A stretch of 6,991 nucleotides of DNA from Histomonas meleagridis 2922-C6/04-290x. Its lineage: Eukaryota; Protista; Parabasalia. The notes beneath the pieces are model-generated. The model was not told the origin of the DNA and did not search any database. It saw only the letters and a list, made by a program, of their open reading frames with translations. The translations under genes were made by a program, and so were the position numbers. This document shows positions 1 to 5,555 of the stretch, piece after piece. How positions within the stretch are numbered: position 1 is the first letter of the stretch; every line of letters begins with the position of its first letter. Location of the stretch: NCBI GenBank assembly GCA_020184695.1, contig JAANOX010000222.1:1-6991 (forward strand), in the 5' to 3' direction.

Positions 1-2
1 TA

Positions 3-437
3 TCAGAATATAAAATAAATTACGCCGCTGTTGATTTTAAATATAATCATAATACAACAGTGAAGATAGACAAACCAACAAATAAACCTATACTTCATAA
101 TAATATTCTTGTCGGCGTTAAATTTTATGATAAGAATTTAAAACTTCTTGAATCAGTAAATTTAAAATTTACCGATAACATTCTTACTAAAACATATAAA
201 AAGAAACTTGTAAATATTGCTCCTGCAGAATTAAATAATAAATTTATGAAAGCCAGAAATGATATTGTCAAGAAGATCACAAACGAACTTGTTGAGAAAC
301 GTGAAGAAATCGATAATAGAATTATATCATTAAATGCATATATTGGTAATCAAAATATAGCAATTTCGAAAGAGTTTGAAGGAGAAAAAATAACTTTTCC
401 GGAAAATACAAACAATAAGAAATCGTTTGATATGTAA
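3..437 (+). CDS. 5'-partial hypothetical protein (C-terminal ~144 aa of a gene starting upstream of the window)
   Basis: The frame of ORF 60..437 is open back to base 3 (SEYKINYAAVDFKYNHNTTVKIDKP...), so GTG at 60 is probably not the start. It ends ATG TAA A. No recognisable domain. Confidence 0.6.
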   Translation, partial: SEYKINYAAVDFKYNHNTTVKIDKPTNKPILHNNILVGVKFYDKNLKLLESVNLKFTDNILTKTYKKKLVNIAPAELNNKFMKARNDIVKKITNELVEKREEIDNRIISLNAYIGNQNIAISKEFEGEKITFPENTNNKKSFDM

Positions 438-525
438 ATCATGTAAAAGTGAAAATGACTATCATATAACGAGATAAATTTATTTTAAAATTTCAATGTC
501 AGTTTTTCACTTTTTCAATGAACGC

Positions 526-581
526 CTTACGTTCGATTCCCGTACAGTGCGTTTTTTGTTAATGTCTTACGTTCGATTCCC
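526..581. repeat. 16-bp direct repeat CTTACGTTCGATTCCC x2 (526-541, 566-581)
   Basis: Two identical copies 40 bp apart. Each contains GTTCGATTC, which matches the Pol III B-box consensus. Confidence 0.9.
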
Positions 582-624
582 AAACCTATTGAATTTTATT
601 TTTGAACTTTTTTTACTCGTTCTA

Positions 625-688
625 CCTTAACGTTCAACTCTAACGTTCTTCCTTAACGTTCGACTCTAACGTTCTTCCTTAACGTTCA
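625..688. repeat. 26-bp tandem repeat x2.5 built on AACGTT palindromes
   Basis: CCTTAACGTTC(A/G)ACTCTAACGTTCTT at 625-650 and 651-676, partial at 677-688. Dispersed CCTTAACGTTCAA at 864-876 and inverted GAACGTTAA at 1321-1329. Confidence 0.95.
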
Positions 689-736
689 CTTTATCCTTCG
701 TCATAAACACCGTCATAAAATTCGTCATCAAATATT

Positions 737-1130
737 TTTTACATTTGCCACTAAATTCAATGACAATTCAAAAAATTTTACGTTTGACACTAATTGATAG
801 CATCATTCAAATTTACATTTTCAGTACTCATTCAAATCTCATTACTGCCCGCCAATTTCTAATCCTTAACGTTCAATTACCACCAAAATTTTTTTCATTG
901 TAAAATAATTCAATACTTTACTTTTTAAAAAAAAAAAAAAAAAATGCTCCTGTGTCGAGAAACGCGTGTCAGATTTTTCAAAGACTTTTTCAGAACTCAT
1001 TCAAATTCATTTCCCGCCAATATTTTCAGTACCTATTCAATTATTAATCGTTTTGCCACCAAATTAAATGACAATTCAAAAAATTTTACATTTGCCACTA
1101 AATTAAATGATAATTCAAAATATTTTTTAC
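737..1130. repeat. 39-bp repeat unit in two tandem clusters (737-793, 1052-1130) plus a duplicated TTTTCAG..CTCATTCAAA..CCCGCCAAT block (~818-856, ~987-1021)
   Basis: TTTGCCACTAAATT(C/A)AATGACAATTCAAAAAATTTTAC variants recur with a 39-bp period in both clusters. Confidence 0.85.
927..944. repeat. poly(A)18 tract preceded by T5
   Basis: Counted directly. Confidence 0.95.
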
Positions 1131-1138
1131 AACAACTT

Positions 1139-1293
1139 CAACCGTCATTTTTCTCCGTCCGTTAATTTTTGTTAAATTTTAAACGAAAAACGTTTAAAAA
1201 AAAATTTTTGAAATCCGTTAAAAAGTTTATTTTTTACAACTTACTTTTTCAGCGGTTGTTCAAATTTTTCAACCGTCCTTTTTTCCGTCCGTT
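1139..1293. repeat. Dispersed direct repeat CAACCGTC-N7/8-CCGTCCGTT (1139-1163, 1270-1293)
   Basis: Read directly from the sequence. Confidence 0.8.
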
Positions 1294-1342
1294 TATTCTT
1301 GCGTAAACGGATTTTATCACGAACGTTAATTTGACATCAACT

Positions 1343-1423
1343 GACATGTTATATGAAATGAAAAGACATGTTATGCGAAATGAATTTTTCGGAAATGTTA
1401 TGAAAAGACATGTTATATGAAAT
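1343..1423. repeat. GACATGTTAT repeat x3 (1343, 1365, 1407)
   Basis: Three copies. The last lies inside the left arm and its reverse complement occupies the last bases of the window (ATAACATGTC near 6976-6985). Confidence 0.85.
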
Positions 1424-1681
1424 TATAAAAAAGTGGTTCCACAAAAAAATTCAATGTCGCTGTATCTCGAACCAACGATCTTTACAAAAAAAGTGACACT
1501 CGAAAAGTGACACAAAATTTCTGAGGGTTAAAAAAATAAAAAAGTGAACCCTTTTTTTGAACCCTCAACGAAACGAAGTAAATTAACATTTTTCGGATGA
1601 TTTTACAAAATAAAAAATTCATGAAACTTTACGGATTATTATAAAACTTAGTTTAAATAATTTATTTTTTTGTCATATTCT

Positions 1682-2009
1682 TTTTGCGTTAAATCCTTCA
1701 AAAAATGCTTATTTTCTCCGATTCGTTGAGGGTTCAAAAAAAGGGTTAAAAAATCACCTTTGAAAATTAAAAGGTACTTTTTACATTCAAAATCTCAGTT
1801 AATAACAACTTTAAGCTCCAAACACTAAAATCCACATAGGATTAACAACAAATTCTTACCGATATATCAACCGTCAACTTTTGCGTTAAATCCTTCAAAA
1901 AATGCTTATTTTCTCCGTTTCGTTGAGGGTTCAAAAAAAGGGTTAAAAAATCACCTTTGAAAATTAAAAGGTACTTTTTACATTCACAACCTCAGTTAAT
2001 AACAACTTT
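1682..2009. repeat. 131-bp internal direct repeat x2 (1682-1812, 1879-2009); mirrored at 5895-6025 and ~6097-6225
   Basis: TTTTGCGTTAAATCC...CAGTTAATAACAACTTT with a 197-bp period and 3 mismatches between the left-arm copies. Confidence 0.95.
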
Positions 2010-2137
2010 CCACATAGCATTACGACAACTCATCCGTTATCATCATCAGCTCCAGTAAACATGCAATATTCACGTCAAATCACTAAAATGGAGAAACTCA
2101 TTCAGCTTTTCCGAATTTCCTTTAGCTAATAACTTTT

Positions 2138-2161
2138 TTAGTTAGTTAGTTAGTTAGTTAG
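2138..2161. repeat. (TTAG)6 microsatellite; mirrored as (CTAA)6 at 5743-5766
   Basis: Counted directly in both arms. Confidence 0.95.
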
Positions 2162-2290
2162 TTTGTCATGCCTCACACATTTTAAATATAAATGTCATCA
2201 TGAATTTAAATATATTTTATTACTTTCAATCAAAACCAACCGATTTATGATAATTCAATCGATTTTAGCCGTTCATCCTTTAGTTTATGT

Positions 2291-2350
2291 AGCGCGAGTG
2301 GGAGCGAGTGCGTAGCACGAAGCTCACATAGCGCTGTGTGTGTGTGTGTG
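2291..2350 (+). other. GC-rich imperfect subterminal hairpin followed by a (TG)8 terminus; mirrored at 5555-5614
   Basis: AGCGC/GCGCT, GAGC/GCTC and GTGC-GTA-GCAC pairings, immediately followed by TG x8 (2335-2350). Confidence 0.75.
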
Positions 2351-3801
2351 GTATACAATCTGTTGTAGATGTATTTGAGGTATATATACCATTTTCTTTT
2401 AATGAGAAAACATTACCTGTTAAAAATACTGGTGAACCAATTTGAAATTGTATTAAGTCTTCTGAAACAGGAGCATTATGGATAATAGTTGTATTTATTT
2501 GTTCAAGACCTCCAGTTCCTTCGAATGTATTAAATGTAGTTGCAATATAATATATTTTACTATATGTATCAGAAAAGGTACCATTATCTTGTTTCTTTTG
2601 TGTTACAGATTCAAAATATAATCTTCCATATTTTTTATCTTCAGTAGGTGTACATCCATAAATTCTCCATAATAATTGATATGTATTACCTGATTCTTCA
2701 ATTATACTGTGAAATAAAGTTAATTTAGTAGATTCTAAACTATCAAATTGACCAGTTTTGGATTTTATATTTCCTATATTATCAATACCATTAGTTGTTA
2801 CAGAGTACATAATTTTAGAGCAATTTAAGTTAGTACAACCTAATGAATCAGAAGCTGCTGAGTAATAAAAACCATCGCAACCTTTTAGTGTTGGTATAAA
2901 GTCCATAACATTCCCTTTACATTGTATTCTAAAACTATAATCATTTTCATATCCATCACTAGTATGCATATCTATATAAGGACCTGTTTTTAAAACACCA
3001 TCGTTTTTAATAACTGCAATTGAAGGAACACTAATATTTAAATTTGAATCTGAAGGAGATGAATTTAAAGCAAAACCATTAATTGTTGAACAATGAATAT
3101 CTTCTGTATTTGAACCTATAGGAATATCTGTTAAATCATTATAACTATGTGTATGATTTGATGCAGCATATTTTGTATCATGATTATGATCTTTTGAAGC
3201 ATACTCAGGATGTGTATGATCAATCAATGCATATCTAGTATCATGATAATGTTCTACAGTTAGTTGTATCTACATTATTAATAGTTGCACATTGAATATT
3301 TCCATTACTTCCAAAACTTAATAATGAACCAGTTTTTGATTTAAAATCTAATGAATTAGTATTAGCAGTTATTCTCCATGTATTATCTTTATCATAATCT
3401 GCATTATTATGCATATCAATATATTGTCCAACTTCTACAACACCATCTTCTTTTAATGTGATAATAGCTGGAACATATAATTTTGTATCCCATTTACCAC
3501 CTTCTGCTGTTGACAATTGAAAACCATTTAATGAAGTAACTTGTACATTTCCATTTACTGTTAAATCATTATTTATTGTATTATGTGTATGACTTTTTGT
3601 AGAATATTTTTCATCTGATTGCGATTTATTATAATATAATTGTGGGATTGTAATCGAAGTTATAGTATTAAGTTTTTCTGTTATTTGATCATTTGTAGAA
3701 TAATTTTCTAAAACTTTTTGTAAGTCATCTTTATCAATAATTTCAGGAGCAGCAATAACATTAGTTTTTATACCTTTCGTAGCATTCTCAATACTAAACA
3801 T
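2351..3801 (-). pseudogene. Phage-tail-fibre-like protein, frameshifted at ~3261 and 3'-truncated at 2351 (joins ORFs 3241..3801 and 2280..3227)
   Basis: The second ORF's frame extends upstream of its TTG as TVEHYHDTRYALIDHTHPEYA, overlapping the first ORF's end, so one net frameshift joins them. There are five HxH repeats and a duplicated VP.I..(L/I)K.DGV...G.YIDMH module. After ...TTDCIP the frame reads into the (CA)n repeat (HTHTQRY...). Confidence 0.75.
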
Positions 3802-3805
3802 TGAT

Positions 3806-3814
3806 AAAAAATGA
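3806..3814 (-). promoter_or_regulatory. Possible parabasalid-type initiator (Inr) TCATTTTTT upstream of the fibre ATG
   Basis: TCATTTT fits the Trichomonas Inr consensus TCA(+1)Y(T/A), with the A 11 nt before ATG 3801. The upstream gene ends in TAAA. This is a short AT-rich motif, so a chance match is possible. Confidence 0.4.
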
Positions 3815-3821
3815 TTTTTAT

Positions 3822-4166
3822 TTAATAAATTAATAATAATTCTAACATAAAATATTCTGGATCAATTTCTTTACCATTCATTTCTTTAAACCATATTTTA
3901 AAATTTTGGTTTTTCTACTTTTTATATTCATATTTCTTATATTTAGTTCTATTTTCATTCGTATAAATACAAAAATAATCTTCATAATGATCACGTTCAA
4001 TGAAATCAGCATGCATTGAAACATCAGATACTAAATAATCCTTAAATTTACACTTACATTGTTGTACTACTATATATCTAGGATTTTGAGAATCCACAAA
4101 TTCAGGCGGAAAACGGTTTTCTTTTTGTGAAGTACAAAAATACGTTTTAGTTACAGGTTTAAGCAT
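3822..4166 (-). pseudogene. ~114-aa virus-like protein with one in-frame TAG (3917-3915); possibly a small single-jelly-roll/penton-like protein
   Basis: After the TAG the same frame continues KNQNFKIWFKEMNGKEIDPEYFMLELLLIY-TAA, stopping 20 nt before the next ATG. The C-terminal pattern (hydrophobic strand, G..I, F.LEL.L) resembles Polinton-type minor capsid C-termini; that assignment is tentative. Confidence 0.65.
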
Positions 4167-4428
4167 TTATAAAAATAAAGTTTGCCATGAGACCTAACAA
4201 TAACCGTCACTTTTTGACTACTAACCTCTGACCAAATATTAATTGGGGACAATTCGTGTTGGTTATGTGAGGTTTTTGATAGTTTTATGCGAAAAGTGGT
4301 GCTAAAAGTGCTATCGTTCCTATCAAAAAGTTTCGCGTTCTCTCAAAATTGAATGTGCATTCAAATTTTCAGACGAATTATATGGCTCACAAAAATCATT
4401 TCGATTTTTGTTGCGAGCGGAGCGAGCA

Positions 4429-4511
4429 CACTCGGGGATTGGAGGGGTCTGAGGCCTCGGAGGTCCGAAGAACACCTCCGGAGGCCGAAGACCCCGGAAA
4501 TCTCCCCAGTG
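4429..4511. other. 83-nt GC-rich imperfect hairpin
   Basis: Pairings: CACT/AGTG, GGGGA/TCCCC, GGGGTCT(4444-4450)/AGACCCC(4489-4495), GGCCTC/GAGGCC, GGAGGT/ACCTCC; 9-nt loop. Confidence 0.9.
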
Positions 4512-4520
4512 AAAAACTTA

Positions 4521-4599
4521 AGGTCGGGAATGATCACGAGGACCCTATGTGCCCCGGCCCCGGCGGCGCCCCTAGGGTCCTCGTGATCATTCCCGACCT
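4521..4599. repeat. Perfect 27-bp inverted repeat with a 25-nt GC-rich spacer
   Basis: AGGTCGGGAATGATCACGAGGACCCTA (4521-4547) and TAGGGTCCTCGTGATCATTCCCGACCT (4573-4599). Confidence 0.98.
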
Positions 4600-4649
4600 C
4601 ATTATATACCTACCAGCTTGAATTGTTGCGTTTTTATTTTTTAATAAAT

Positions 4650-5186
4650 CTATATCACCTTTATATTGAGTTTTTTTATTCTGCCAAAAGCTTTTGCGTA
4701 ACGTTTAGTTTCTTGTTGAGCTTTGTTTGCTAATTCATGCCGATGTTCAATCTCTCTTTCTGCCACTTCATGTTTTTGCTTTTCTTCATTATACTTTGCT
4801 TCAGCAGCTTTTGTCGCTTTTTTCATATCTTTTTCTTTTTCATCCGAATTCTTTTTTCTTGCTAATTCATCTTGTTTCTCTCTCCGCGTATCATTAATTT
4901 GTTGTTGACGAACATCGTTTTGATTTCTCATATTATGTATTGCGTCAAGATTTACGTTTTGTGGCGTTTGTGATAAAGCAACAGGAAGAAATGGATTTTG
5001 TAAATTTGCCATCATTTGTGACCTAGCAGAATTGGAATTTTGATTATTCGGTGAAGGAAGAATATTTGCTCTTACCGAAGCGTTAGGATTAAATGTTGGA
5101 GCTTGAGTAATTAGTCGATGCCTTAATCCGCGTTTAACATTTTTCTTTGTTTTTCTGATTCATCGTTTAATTGTTTTCTTTGCCAT
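4650..5186 (-). pseudogene. Basic N-terminus / coiled-coil hypothetical protein (~178 aa) with in-frame TGA at codon 9 (5162-5160)
   Basis: ATG at 5186 gives MAKKTIKR*IRKTKKNVKRGLRHRL...SARSQ, in frame with ORF 4650..5015. It ends at TAG 4652-4650, or at TAA 4643-4641 if that TAG is also internal. Confidence 0.65.
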
Positions 5187-5210
5187 TTAATTATAGATAA
5201 AAATATTGAT

Positions 5211-5555
5211 TCATAAGTATTGAACTCTTGCTCTTCATCCTCTTTGTATCGGCACATTATAAACTTGTTCTTGAGGTTCTGACGAGACTATTTCTTCCTT
5301 TTGCTCAAAACCTTGCTCGTCATTTCCTGTTTGTTCATCCGAAGGAATTTCCTCAGCATCAACGTAAATATCATTAATTAAATTTTTATATTTCTTCTTA
5401 AGCTATTTATGCTTACCTGTTGATTTATCTAATCTAGAATTTAATTCAATTATATGCTCCATTAATAGCTGGTCATTTGATATATAAACTTTACCGTCAG
5501 AATTATTTTTAATTACTTTTTGACTTACCGTTGAAGTTTTTGATTTCTTCGCTAA
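5211..5555 (-). pseudogene. 5'-truncated hypothetical protein (coiled coil plus acidic tail) with in-frame TAG (5405-5403) and TGA (5237-5235)
   Basis: A 115-codon frame not shown in the ORF track: LAKKSKTSTVSQKV...NDQLLMEHIIELNSRLDKSTGKHK*LKKKYKNLINDIYVDAEE...PIQRG*RARVQYL*. It has no start codon and begins at the (CA)n junction. Confidence 0.65.

Larger units (their letters stand above)
1402..2350 (+). mobile_element. Left arm of long inverted repeat; putative mobile-element copy or terminus with the HNH gene deleted, ending in (TG)8
   Basis: 1402-1619 is the reverse complement of 6774-6990 (about 8 differences), and 1647-2350 is the reverse complement of 5555-6260. The repeat itself is certain; the mobile-element call is inferred from the truncated neighbouring genes. 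Confidence 0.8.

Noticed and set aside
526-581. tRNA gene suggested by GTTCGATTCCC
   Set aside because: No T-stem pairing, acceptor stem or D/anticodon arms can be built.
927-944. Retroposon poly(A) tail
   Set aside because: No target-site duplication or identifiable retroposed body could be defined.
625-1130. CRISPR array
   Set aside because: The repeats are directly tandem or irregularly spaced, with no unique constant-length spacers and no cas genes.
944-1165. 73-aa ORF on +
   Set aside because: It starts at the end of the poly(A) run, and its FATKLNDNSK duplication is just the 39-bp DNA repeat. It lies in non-coding repeat patchwork.
2138-2161. Telomeric repeat
   Set aside because: (TTAG)6 is internal, short and lacks the G-run of known telomere units. 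The AGGGTT motifs are spaced, not tandem.
2291-2350. Canonical Helitron 3' end
   Set aside because: A hairpin is present, but there is no CTRR terminus and no RepHel gene in the window.
4349-4621. Overlapping + ORFs 4349..4621 and 4353..4586
   Set aside because: They stay open because the GC-rich hairpin island lacks stops. They run against all neighbouring genes and show no protein motif.
4723-4908. 61-aa Ser/Phe-rich + ORF
   Set aside because: Antisense shadow of the Lys/Glu-rich coiled-coil gene on the - strand.
5160-5237. TGA=Trp genetic code
   Set aside because: All seven Trp codons checked in the HNH, fibre and penton-like frames are TGG. An AT-rich TGA=Trp genome would be expected to favour TGA.
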